A program made the position numbers and the translations under genes. The notes under the pieces were generated by a model that saw nothing but the letters and a program-made list of their open reading frames with translations, searched no databases and was not told the origin of the DNA. DNA of 64,000 nt from the human T2T-CHM13v2.0 reference genome, Homo sapiens: assembly GCF_009914755.1 (NCBI RefSeq), contig NC_060933.1. The stretch is one strand, 5' to 3'. Positions 36,701-64,000 of the stretch are shown in pieces (the first letter of the stretch is position 1; each line of letters begins with the position of its first letter).

Positions 36701-39642
36701 GGGTGGCCTAAGCTGGATTGGATTAATCACCCAACGCCCCATCATGGGACCACTGACTGCAAAACCCTCAAAGCTCTACACTCTTGGGGTGTGAGCAGAA
36801 ACAGACACGTGCTTACCACTGCTAACAGGCATCAGTAAATACTATTTAAATACATGCTTGATCATCATAAGACATTAAAGATGTTAAAGAAGTACTTACG
36901 TTCCATGTATTCGTTTTTAAACTATCCATCTCTTTCTGAATGCATGAGAGAGAGGGAAAGTGAGAGTTACCATCAGTGTGCAGGGCCACCCCATCAGCAC
37001 CGCACCCTCAGCGGGACAGGGCAGCAGGTGCAAACCCACGTATGTCCCACGGAGGACTGCTGGGGAGCTCCTGGAATCCTAGGCCCCCAGTGGGGAGCTG
37101 TCTTCCATCTCCCAGCAGGGCCTCCTGAAAACACCACTGTTTTCTTGCTTGGGCCAGTGCTCCAAGCTCCCTAACCATCCAACCCTGTTACCTCAAGAGA
37201 GCGGCCAGGCTGGGGTGCTACTCCCAGATCACCCCCTTGGCCTCTGTGGGGTGGGGACAAGAGGCTGGTCTGATGCTGTGGGGCTCAGCAGCCACCAACC
37301 TGGATGTGCCTTGGCTCTTCCCAGTGGCGAGCCAGGTGACACTGGTCGCGCCCTCAAAGAAGGGAAGTTGTTGTGGCTTACAAGGATCTAGGGTAGAGGT
37401 CCTGAGGACAGATATTTCCCCCTGGCCCTTCCTGTCACTGCAACTAGCTTAAGTTGAAGGCAAATTAACTGCTGTGGCAGATGCCGTAGGTAATGATCTT
37501 TCTCCTACAGCTAGGACTGTCGTGAGAAGACTGATCACCTTGGTATAAGCAAGGGCCAGGTTTATTCACCAGGGCTGGGTTTATTACATCAACTCAGGAG
37601 TCTGGGGAGGCTGTTGGCAGCCTGGGCTCCAGCACTCAGCCTGTCACTGGGGCACCTCCCACCTGCTCACTCCCACCCCAAGCCTCTAACGGAGCCAGCT
37701 GGTGCCAGGACCACCATGGCTTCAGAGCTTCGTGGATGTGATTACAAAATATGGAGCTGATTCTACTCTGCGACAAACCAGGTGCCCTCTGGGCAGTGGC
37801 CTCGCCCTGAGGAAGGCCTGGAGGGGTGGTGAGACATCCACCCAGTGACTGAGTTGCTCGGGCCCATCCTGGAAAGTGCCCCCACTGCCATCTCCTGCAG
37901 CACTCCTCTGTGTCCTCCCGGCATCCCCATGCATGTGGCCCACTCTGACCTCAGGGCTGGCTGCCTCGGGGCCAGCCCATCTCCCAAACTCACATCCAGG
38001 TGGCCTTCCTGCAACTAATGGGGCAGCGGGCACATCCCCAGAGGGGCCATTCTCTGCACACAGTGCTGGCCGCTGGCCATCATGTCTTCCATGATGGGAC
38101 TCCTGGCTTGTCCCTGCCTGTACCCGCTGCCCGGGCCTCACCCGGACACCTGCTCCCAGCCTCTTTTCCCGAGGATCCCACTGCTTCCCTGGCCCATCTC
38201 TGTGCTCTCTCCTTGGGGCACGGTCTTTTCTAATCCTGGCCATGGCCCCTCCTCCCTCCCAGACTCTGGGGACCCTTCTGGGGACAAGGACAGTGCAGCT
38301 GGGGGTATGCCCTGAGGCCTTGTTGGTCATCCTTTCTGTCCTCTGTTGAAGTCACAGAGTAGCCAGGGGCCCCAAGAGGAGGGAGGAGAGAGTGAGACCC
38401 CTGCCACATAGGTAGCAATTCTGACAGCTCCCTTCTCTGAGTCCTCATCTCCCTGACAGTCACCAGGCCGACGCAGCCTAACGTTTCACTCTGGTATGCT
38501 CTAGACCACTCAGGGCACTGGACCAGCCCCAGCGCTTCTGGAATGCACCTGTTCATGCCTGCCACTTACTGGCCAAGCCGCCTTATCAATGTGGGCAGGA
38601 ATCCTGAACCTCTTCTCTGCAAAGGGACCTGAGAAAGTACCACTGAGGCATCTGTAGGCATCGCCTGGCTCCATGGGGGGCCTGTGGGAAGGCACCACTG
38701 AGGCACCGAGGGCATTTCCAGACCCCAGGTAACCAGACAGCTGTGTTGTAAAGGCACGTGGAATTATCCCAGATAACAGAAGAGACATGGATAGTTTCTG
38801 GTGAAGCTGCCTCATCTAACATGCGAAGGACCTCAGAGCACAGGGAGTTGATAGCACCACCTTGTCCTGTCCAGCAAGGGTGGCCCAACACACAAGGTCA
38901 ACTAATTCCCACGACGGCCGTGGCCTTTCAAGAGTCTGAAACAAAGGGAAATGTCACAGAGCAGCTGGAACACACACATGCGTGCCAACAGGCCACTGTG
39001 GCTGCTAGGAACGGGGGCCCTCTCCAGAGCCCTGGGCCCCTCAAAGAGGACCAAGGGCGCCTTCTGCTGCTGCCCTCTGATCCCAGTGGTTCCAAGGGCT
39101 CTGATTTCTAACACTGTAGTTAAAACATAAAAGGCCATCCCAAATCCAAATATCTAAATGCTGCCTAAAGTATGGGGGAACCATTATTAGCTTTGAAAAT
39201 GACACGGGTCTAAACTTGACATGGAAGATAGTCCTGGCAGAGGTGAAGGCAGGGCCCTGACAGGGTAAAGACTGCACTTTGGTTAAAAAATTATATCGAT
39301 CTGTTTCTGTGTGTGCACACTAATGTACAAGTGCATGATTTGTATCTGCATGTAGACACAACCCATCGCCATTCATCGCTATTGATCCTTACGTTTGTAT
39401 GCCAGATGCGCTATGTGCTGGCACACGGGTGGTGGGGTTATTTTTTCACCCATCTGTATTCTGAGTGATCCATGAGGAACTTGGGTTCATCAGTTCAGAC
39501 GAGCAGAGCTCGGCTGCATGCTAACTTTACTTCACCAGCTCCAGACGGCTTTCCTCCCCTTGTCAATACACATGCTGCTCCACTTGCCACGGGGCTGCAT
39601 CCCAATAAACCCACTGTGAGTTGAAACGATCCTAAGTCAACA

Positions 39643-42205
39643 ATGTGTGTGTGTGTGTGTATGGTTGTGTATGTGTGGATGTGATTGGTGTGGTGTGGGT
39701 AGCGTGCATGTGTCTATGTGGTGTGTATGTGCTTTGGTGTGTGCAGTATGTGTGGTGGTGTGTGTGTAACAGTGGTATGATTGGTGTGTGTGTGATGTGT
39801 GTTGTATGCTGTGCTGTGTGTGGTGCATGTGTGAGTGGTTGTGTTTGGTATGGTGTGTATGGGGGTGGTTTTAGGTGTGTGTACAGTGTGTGTGTGTGGT
39901 GTGTGTTGGTATGTGTGCACATGTGCAGTGAGTATGCATGGTCTGTGTGTATGGTGTTTGATGTGTGTGTGGTGTGTGTGATTTGGTGTATGTGATGTTT
40001 TGTGCTGTGCATTTATTGTGTGCATGCACATGGTGTGTGTGTTGTGTGGTGGACATGATTGTGTTTGTGATGTGTGTGCGTGTTATGTCGTGTGTGTGTG
40101 TTGTGGTACATGTGTCGTGTGGTGTATATTGTGGTGTATCTGTACGTATGTGGTGTATCTGATATATGCGTGGCGTGTGGTGTGTGTGGTGTGTTTGTGG
40201 TGTGTGGCTGGTGTGTGGTGTGTGGTATGTAGGTGTGTGTCTGGTTTGTGTGTGTGGTGTGTATGAAGGAGGTATGGTGTGTGTGTGATGCTGGCATGTG
40301 GTGTGTGTGGCATGTGGTGTGAGGGGGTGTGGTGCTGGTGTGTGGTATGTCTGCTGTGTGGTCTGTGTAGTGTGTGTGGTATGTGTGTCTGGGATGTGTG
40401 TGGGGGGGTACAGTGCATGGCATGTGTGCGGTATACGTCATGCTCATGTGTGGTGTGTGTGTCTGGTGTGTGGTATGTGGCTAGCATAGTCTATGTAGTT
40501 TGTGGGGTGTGGTGTGTGTGTGGGGTGTGGTTGTGAGGGGTGTGATGTGTGTGTGGGGTGGGGTGTATGTGTGGGGTGTGGCATGTGTGTGGGTGTGGTG
40601 TGTGTCTGGGGTGCGGTGTGTCGGGCGTGTGTGTGTGGGATGTGGCGTGTGGGGTGTGTGTCTGGGATGTGTGGCATGTGACTGGGATGGTGTGTGTTGG
40701 GGGGGTGTTGTGTGTCTGGGGTATGGTGTGTATCTGGGGTAGGGTGTGTATCTGGGGTGAGCTGTGTCAGGGGTATGTCGGGGTGTGGGGTGTGTGGTAT
40801 CTGGGGTGGGGTGTGGTGTGTGTCAGGGGTATGTGTATGTCTGGGGTGTGGGGTGTGTGTTATGTCTGGGGTGTATAAGGTGTGTGTGGGGGGGTGTGGT
40901 GTGTATGTCTGGGGTGTGGGGTGTGTGTTATGTCTGGGGTGTATAAGGTGTGTGTGGGGGGGGTGTGGTGTGTATCTGGGGTGTGGTGTGTGGGGTGTGG
41001 TGTGTGTCTGGGGTAGGGTGCGTATGTGGGGTGGGCTGTGGCATGTGTGTGGGGTGTGGTGTGTGACGGTGTGTGTGTCTGGGGTGTGGTGTGTGTGGGG
41101 TTGGTGTGTGTCTGGAGTGTGGTGTGTGTTGGGGTGTGTGTGTCTGGGGTGTGGCATGTGTGTCTGGGGTGTGGTGTGTGTCTGGGGTGTGGTGTGTGTC
41201 TGGGGTGTGTGTGTGGGGTGTGGTGTGTGTCTGGGGTGTGTGTGTGGGGTGTGATGTGTGTGGGATGTGTCTGGGGTGTAGTGTGTGTGTGTCTGGGGTG
41301 TGGTGTGTGTGTGGGGGTGTGTTTGGGGTGTGGTGTGTGGGGGGGGGTGTGTGTCTGGGGTGTGGTGTGTGTCTGGGGTGTGGTGTGTGTCGGGTGTGTG
41401 TGTGGGGTGTGATGTGTGTGGGATGTGTCTGGGGTGTGGTGTGTGTCTGGGGTGTGTGTGTGGGGTGTGATGTGTGTGGGATGTGTCTGGGGTGTGGTGT
41501 GTGTCTGGGGTGTGGTGTGTGTCGGGTGTGGTGTGTGTGTGGGGGGTGTGGTGTGTGTCGGGGTGTGTTTGGGGTGTGTGTGTGGGGGGTGTGTGTGTCT
41601 GGGGTGTGGTGTGTGTTGGGGGTGTGGTGTCTGAGGTGTGTGTGGGGGGGTGTGATGTGTGTGGTGTCTGGGGTGTGGTATGTGTGTGGTGTGTGGGGTG
41701 TGGTGTGTGTGGGGTGTGGTGTGTGTGGGGTGTGGTGTGTGTGGGGTGTGGTGTGTGTCTGGGGTGTGGTGTGTGTCTGGGGTGTGGTGTGTGTCTGGGG
41801 TGTGGTGTGTGTTGGGGTGTGTGTGTCGGGTGTGGTGTGTTGGGGGCGTGGTGTGTGTCGGGTGTGTGTGTGGGGGGTGTGATGGGTGTGGTGTGTGGGG
41901 TGTGTGTGTTGGGGGGCGTGGTGTGTGTCGGGTGTGTGTGTGGGGGGTGTGATGGGTGTGGTGTGTGTGGGGGGTGTGGTGTGTGTCTGGGGGGTGTGGT
42001 GTGTGTCTGGGGTGTGGTGTGTCTGGGCTGTGGTGGGTGTGTGGGGTGTGGTGTGTGTCGGGGGTGTGTATGGGGTGTGGTGTGGGTCGGGGGTGTGGTG
42101 TCTGAGGTGTGTGTGGGGGGGTGTGGTGTGGTGTGTGTCTGGGATGTGGTGTCTGGGGTGTGGTGTGTCGGGGGTGTGTGTGTGTCTGGGGTGTGGTGTG
42201 TGTGT
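39643..42205. repeat. ~2.56-kb GT-rich simple repeat/minisatellite (core GTCTGGGGTGTGGTGTGT)
   Basis: Almost entirely G/T on the + strand; 18-mer core repeated many times. Confidence 0.97.
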
Positions 42206-44505
42206 CCCTGCCCGTCCTTCACGGCTGGTACCAGGGTGACTGACTATAGTAAATGTGCATTGCTAGCCGCATGACAAAGCTTAGACAGCAGTCCATCCCA
42301 GGGCCAACGCGGTGCAGGATGGCTGTGCAACAGCTCTGAACACTCTCAAGGCCGCTGTCCCTCCTGTGCGGCCACAGTGCACACTGAGGCAGTCGGCCAC
42401 TCCCAGCTGCTCCAGGCCCTGCCGATGCACTCAGTCCCCCAGGACTCAGGATCATAGGGCTAGCGGCTCCCAGGGCACGGGCCCCAAGGCAGTGCAGTCC
42501 TGACCTGCCCACCCCTCTTGTCACTGAGCCCAGGGTACCATGCTTGGGGTGACACCATGTGCTGTCTCACCTGGGCACTGCAAAGGCATAGTTCCCACTA
42601 TGACACCCCTAGGGTGTCCCAGGGCCTTCTCAGGACCGTCCCATCCTGCCCCAGGGACAAGGCTGGCCTGTGCCAGGGCCATCAGTGGATCTTTCCGTAT
42701 CATCTTCCACTGATAATTCCACTTCCTAGAGGCGAGAACTGTGGTGGAGAAGGGATGAAATGTGTCTAGGTGGAGAGTGGCACTGGTGGCCAATCTCCCA
42801 CCCCAGCTCCTGACACAGGCCCACAGGTGTGGCCCTGTCCCTCCCTTGGATGGGCACTGAGGCCCCTGGGTGCAGGACAAGGGTGGGCCTCCACCCCACC
42901 ACCAGGCCTCAAGCTCTCGCATCCCCAGGACACAGGCCTCTCCGCCCTACTCCGCCCACGTGGCCACATCACCTCCACCGCACCCCACGTTGGGCCCTTG
43001 TGCCCTGGCAGCCTCTGCACACACCACAGGCTATGTTTTCCCCTGTGCAGACCCACCCCGATCCCCTTTCAGGAAGCGCTTTGGCCTCAGAGGGCCCTCA
43101 CCTCTCCTGGATGGCCAAGTCCCTGGGGCCACTTTCTGAGCACTGGCCAAGTGTTGGGGCAGGTGGGGACATCTCCTGGGTGACACATGGGCCTCCACCA
43201 GCTCTGGGGCAGACCCAGTCCCCAAGTGCAACCCTGACCAGCTGACCTTCCATCAGTCAGCCCTCTCTGGGGGGTGAGACGCTCCCCAAGACACAGGGTC
43301 ACCCAGCAGAGCTACAGGCACCAGGACGCAGCATGGGGAACTGAAGATGCCACGAATGTCCTCTTAAGTTTCATATTCTAAAGACACTTTGCTAGCCCTT
43401 TAATCAGACAGCCCCCAAACCACTGTGACAGCTACCACGAAAACAGCCATTATAGCAAAGAAAAACCCAGCCAAGTTCCAAAGCAGCCCTGCCCTGGGTG
43501 GCTGGGGGAGGACACAGGCAGAAGCGGTAGGCCTGTGCCTTGAGTGCACTGTATTGCAATCTCCAGGCTCTGGGCCTCACCTGGAATGGCTCATTCCTGG
43601 CCCACAAGGCAGAAAATGGCACTCACTCTCCTCAGGAAAGTCTCTGGGACTTGCAAGTCACACTGTGGCCTCTGTCGCAGGAAGCATCTACAGACCCCAA
43701 CAGAACCCTGGAGCCTACTCGGGAAATTCACAGCCACAGCCCCTCTGAGTTCACGGCATGCCCATGATGCCCTGGCCTCGGCCCACCCTTGAAAAGGCTG
43801 AAGCCACTCTCTCCTAAGCTGGTGCTCCCTGGGGAGGTCTCACAGCCTTCGCAGGCTGTGGCCTCAGTGGAACAAGTGAACGAGAATGTCCCAGATGGGG
43901 CCAAATGCCTCTGGAGAGAAAGTAAAGACCACGTGAAAAGGGGGTGGCGGAGGGCTGGGGGCCTCAGTTCTCAATCTGTTCAGTCCATCCTGAGCACTGG
44001 CAAAGGACTGCCCTCCTCCCTCAGCTCCCCTACCCTCTACACACTACTCCTGGCCACACTGCTGCAAGCCCACAGCTACATTCCCCATATCCATCTGTGA
44101 CCGCCAGCTTTCTGTTAGGTCTGGCCATGGGAGTCATTGACAGGAGACAGGAAGTTGGAAGGAAGAAACATTTTTGTGGCTTCAAGTAGGACCTCCAGCA
44201 GTGAAGGCAGTGTGGCGGGCAGGGAGAGGCTGCAGATCACACGGCCACAGCCTCGGTGGCACAGCAAGTGAGACTGAGTGTTTGACACTTCACTCTTCCT
44301 GCCCATGGCTGATAATGGAAACCTCACCTTCCCACTGTTCCCAGCCCTTCTATCACCTTTGTAACCAATTCCCTGTGTTAAATGCCCTGTGGTTGAAATA
44401 TCTGGGGTGGTTTCTGTTGCTGTAACAGTGATGTCCCTTCTCCCTGGGCACCCATCTTTCATTCCCTGCTGACCCCAGGGGCTTGTGTGTATGCCTGCCT
44501 AGCTA

Positions 44506-45284
<779 letters not shown>

Positions 45285-45654
45285 TTAACAGGAGAGGGCA
45301 GCACCTTAAAACTCTCAGGAGCTACTGACAGTGTGTTTAACATGTTTAAAAAGAGAGCAATTGGGTTTGCTTTTCCTCTTCATTAACTTCATCCCTCCCC
45401 CGGGGCAGGCTCTAACAGGCCACTTCCTTTCTTTCTGTATCTACTGATCAGTCAGATGACAACACAGGGGCCACCAGGGCTACCACGCACTGCCTGAAGC
45501 ACAGGATACATCTTTGAAGTGTGGTTCTGGACATCTACTATCTTTCAAGAGCAGATATCCCATCCGAGTATTTTCCAATCCAGGGCAAATGCCTCCAGGT
45601 CCCAGAGGAGTACACTAGACTCTCAATCTTTTCTGTTTTTATAATGATGATGAT

Positions 45655-45895
45655 TTTTGAGACAGGGTCTTGTTCTGTGATCTAGGCTGGAGTGCAGTGG
45701 CACCATCATACCTTACTGTAACCTCAAACTCCTGGGCTCAAACAATCCTCAAGGCACGTGCCACCAAGCCTGGTTAGTTTTTTTCACATTTTTGGGTAGA
45801 GATCAGGTCTCGCTATGTTGCTCAAGCTGCTGTGAAACTCCTGGCTTCAAGCAATCCTCCTGCCTTGGCCTCCCAAAGCAGGGGGATTATGCCCG
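45655..45895 (-). mobile_element. AluJ-like, degraded, antisense
   Basis: gagacagggtcttg...ctcccaaagc. Confidence 0.8.
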
Positions 45896-46029
45896 CCAAT
45901 CTTTTCCGCTTTTAAATACCACGAAGCAAGTCATTAAAACAACTCCCATTCTGGAAGCTCTTAATTTTTTAAAATTTCCAAATACCACGTATATCAACCT
46001 CCAAATTGTTAGCAGAAATAGAAGCACTC

Positions 46030-46146
46030 TGGCTCTGGAGGCTGAGGCAGGAGGATGGCTTAAGCCCAGGAGGCAGGGGCTGCAGTGAGCTATGATTGTG
46101 TCACTGCACTCCAGCCTTGGTGACAGAGGGAGACCCTGTCTCTTGA
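46030..46146 (+). mobile_element. Alu right-arm fragment
   Basis: gaggctgaggcaggaggatggctt...gcactccagcc. Confidence 0.8.
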
Positions 46147-46187
46147 AATTTTTTTTTTTTTTAAGGGAGAAGCAATCCTATATACCA

Positions 46188-46398
46188 CAGGTTGGGAAAC
46201 TGGGGCCTTTGGGGCAAATCTGGCCCACCGTGCATTTTTATAAATAAAGTTTTACTGGCACACAGCCCTGACCACTCGTTGTGTATTGACTATGGCTGGT
46301 TTTACAATACAACAGCAGAGCTTAGTGGCTGTGACACAGCCTGCAGCCCACAAGGCCTAAATATCTAGCCCTTTACAGAAAACACTGGTTGACCCCTG
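46188..46398. mobile_element. MER58A-like DNA transposon
   Basis: caaatctggccc, ataaagttttactggcacacagcc, ccctttacagaaaa, gacccctg. Confidence 0.75.
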
Positions 46399-46609
46399 TA
46401 CACTAGAAGTGGCTTCACACTGTCTACAGTTTCCCTCGGGATGGACCCACAATGAAAGCGTGAAACGGCTCAACCCGAGGGACGCAGCCAGGACAGATAA
46501 GGAAGGTAAAGGAACATGTGGAGGGATGTGGAGGATGCCCCCGCCCGCCCCCCACCTGTGGGAGGAGACAGATGGACAGGGCACAGGGGACAGAGAGGGC
46601 CCAACTCAC

Positions 46610-46828
46610 CTGTGGCCTGGCAGAAGAGGTAGAAGTTCCCCAGGGCGTGCACGTGCTGTGCCTGGTCACTCAGGAAGGGCGGCAGCAAGGAGACCCTCGA
46701 GCTGCTGTCGGGCCCCGCACCCGAGGCTGGCCAGGGGGTCCAGGGAGAGGAAAGCCTCCTGTCCCCCACATGGCCCAGACAGGACAGGGAAGAGGAGCCA
46801 GGAGGAGGGAGGGGCTTAGGAGACGAGG
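46610..46828 (-). CDS. SEMA4D: SEMA4D alternative 3' cassette exon 1 (ASSPKPLPPP...VSLLPP...FYLFCQAT)
   Basis: Pyrimidine tract + cag|CC ... ACAG|gtgagt; 219 nt, phase 1/1, compatible with the 50832 donor; matches recalled SEMA4D isoform 2. Confidence 0.85.
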
Positions 46829-47031
46829 CTGTGAGACAGAGAGGACAGAAAAGAGAGGGCACTGAGGAAGAAGTCGCCAGGAGCACGTCACAGGCCAGAG
46901 AGGGCAAAACACAGCAGGAAACGGACAGAAAAGAGCGAGCCCAGCTGTCCCGCCTGGGCCATGCAGGGGTGGGAGGCTGCACAGCCTCCGCTAAGGAATG
47001 TCTTCCCCAAATCAAGGATAGAAGCTTCTCA

Positions 47032-47037
47032 TTTATT
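47032..47037 (-). terminator. SEMA4D: Poly(A) signal AATAAA of the SEMA4D membrane isoform (second candidate at 47183-47188)
   Basis: TTTATT on + strand, ~1.45 kb downstream of the stop, after a U-rich UTR. Confidence 0.7.
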
Positions 47038-48480
47038 TGGGTACTTTCCAAATGTATACAATTCAAAGTAGAAAAATAAAAACAAGGTAAATCTTATAAA
47101 ACACAAATGTTTACACCAAAATGGTCAAATCCTATCATGCTGGAAGATAAGACTGTCCACACACGCGCACAAACATCCAGAGTTTATTGCTCTTCACCAT
47201 GGAAAAAAAGTCTCTTCCCGATGGGTATTTACAAAGCGGGGAGATGGAGTGTGAAATTAACCAGTGTTGAAATCGTACCACCCATTCACATCTTCAGGAC
47301 AGTGGCAGGAACAGCGCCGTATGCTTGAGGGTGCTGTGGTCACAGCTCGCGGCCCCGGCCACCGAGGCCCAGTTCCCTTCCAGTAGTGGGCAGCTCAGTG
47401 AGGCTGGATAGAAAGTCTGGGCAGGCAGTGGGTAAGCAATTGAAGCAAGAAGAGAAAGGAGATGTTCAGAGAACCAAAGGCGCCCTTGTGAAGGTTCCAT
47501 CTGTCTCACAGGAGGTTCTGACCGACAGCTGTGGGCTCCAGATTGTACCGCACTCCCATCTCAGCTCTGGGCCAGCCTGGCTCCACTCAGCTCATCCAGG
47601 CTACCTTCCCTTGCTCAAAACCCACCTCGTGGATGTGGGAAGGTCCTCTTCTTCGAGAGAGTAAAAGTTAAAAAAAAAGAAAAGTAAAACGAAGTACAGA
47701 AAGAAAATCTCTCCAAAAACAATGCTTCCCTCAAGGAATAAAGTTAAAAAAAAAAAAAGAAAAAGAAAAAAGGTGAGTGGGCTCCGGGGAGTGTTTATGT
47801 CTACATTTCTAAAAGCAGAAAGAATGCATTTAGCAAAAGGAAGTTTATCCCTGAGAATCTTAAGCAACGTAAGCCGTATTTTATGCCAAATATATAACAA
47901 AATCTGGAAGATATACATCTTCTTCTAAATATTAACACAACTGCTTCTGTAACTAAAAAAAAATGACCCATGACATAAACACAATCAAAGCAAAATCCTA
48001 AAAAAATAATTAAGTGGAAGAAAAGGTTCGTGCCAATCTGGACAACAGGCGATAAGTTACCAATCTGATAAACTAAAATGTCATTTCCAATCTGGAATTA
48101 AATAATCTTTTAGTGGCTGCTACGGGGAGGGGAAGCTGAAGGGATGCTCTTCTCAGCCAACAGAGGTCCAGCCACCTTTCCCCCACTACAGAAAGGGCTC
48201 AGGAACTCCGTGCCGCCCGTGGGCCTTCTTCAAGTACTCCGACTGACTTCGGAACACAAGACTGGGATGCAATGCTTGTCATTTTTCCAAAAGGACAAAG
48301 AGAAACCAAGTCACAGGCTCAACCCAAGAGAAAATAGACAAGAGGACTGAGGTTGTCTGCACGATGCGGGCTAACCTACGCAGCACTGCACGAGACTCGG
48401 ATACTGAACAGGAGAAACACAAAACTCTCCACGCCTGGACACGTCGCAGCCGAGGCACCAGCGGGGATGCACAGCCGGCC

Positions 48481-63432
<14,952 letters not shown>

Positions 63433-63644
63433 CTACAATTGAATAAAAAGAGAGCACATCATCAGATGGCTGAATTTCTATAGTAACAATGTGTCTCTGT
63501 ACCACTTCATTTTACAAATTTGCTCTTCTCGGAAGACCAACAGGGCCGAGCAGATAGGTGTGGAGCTACAGGAGTCCCGCCCACTAGGGCCAGGGCTTGT
63601 GTTGCTCAGCTCAGGTCTAGACATCAGCACCTTGGTGCCCTTGC

Positions 63645-63785
63645 TCCGTTGCCCTGGCCAAGCTTCTCAAGATCTCAGACCCTCAATTTACTCATCTGCA
63701 AAATGGAAATGGCAACGCTGATGGCTCTAGGGCTGGAAAGCCACCAGGATAAACCCAACACAGGACGTGCTCAGTATGTAATCGG
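63645..63785 (+). mobile_element. MIR fragment
   Basis: ctcaatttactcatctgcaaaatgg ... gtgctcagtatg. Confidence 0.55.
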
Positions 63786-64000
63786 AAGCCCATGAGCAGA
63801 ATTTTAACATCAATAAAGACGGCATTCTAAGCAGCTAGGTGACCCAATAAATAGGAAGCAGAAAAACATAAACAGGCAGAATCTCTACGTCGCTCCACCC
63901 ACCAAAACACACTCCAGATGGATCAACCATCTGAATACTAAAAACAGAACCGCACTGTACTAAAACAGAGCAGGGGCTGGCGTTTCCATCTGGGGGTCCT

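Noticed and set aside
37722-38330. 202-aa ORF and other 150-200-aa ORFs (20409-21002, 21173-21769, 50554-51135, 59700-60275)
   Set aside because: No recognisable domain or exon structure; either antisense shadows of real exons or expected in GC-rich introns.
40444-42222. 592-aa Thr/His/Pro ORF and the many overlapping Val/Cys/Gly/Trp ORFs
   Set aside because: Artefacts of the GT/CA repeat, which lacks stop codons by composition; no splice or domain support.

Overview
Human genomic DNA (Alu/L1-rich). From the translated exons I recognise it as the tail-to-tail SECISBP2/SEMA4D locus on 9q22. Plus strand: 12 coding exons of SECISBP2 (SBP2, exons 6-17, residues ~268-854; 2682-28601). I spliced these by hand; all are GT-AG with consistent phases and end at a TGA stop, followed by a ~0.8 kb 3'UTR. 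Minus strand: the 3' part of SEMA4D (CD100), comprising 9 shared Sema/PSI exons (63432-50832), the membrane-form terminal exon (49406-48481; Ig-TM-tail), and an alternative 4-exon 3' cassette (46828-32179) that yields a TM-less 738-aa form. A 2.56-kb GT/CA-rich minisatellite sits inside the cassette's long intron. Best leads: (1) the alternative SEMA4D cassette looks like an antibody-type C1-set Ig domain followed by a cholinesterase-WAT-like Trp heptad helix with a terminal Cys; (2) a SECIS-core/K-turn-like hairpin lies ~140 nt after SBP2's own UGA stop; (3) a candidate UGA poison exon in SECISBP2 intron 7 carries an exact copy of the exon-7 donor; (4) a partial copy of exon 16 sits in intron 16. 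All alignments and folds were done by eye; repeat subfamily names and literature links are from memory.
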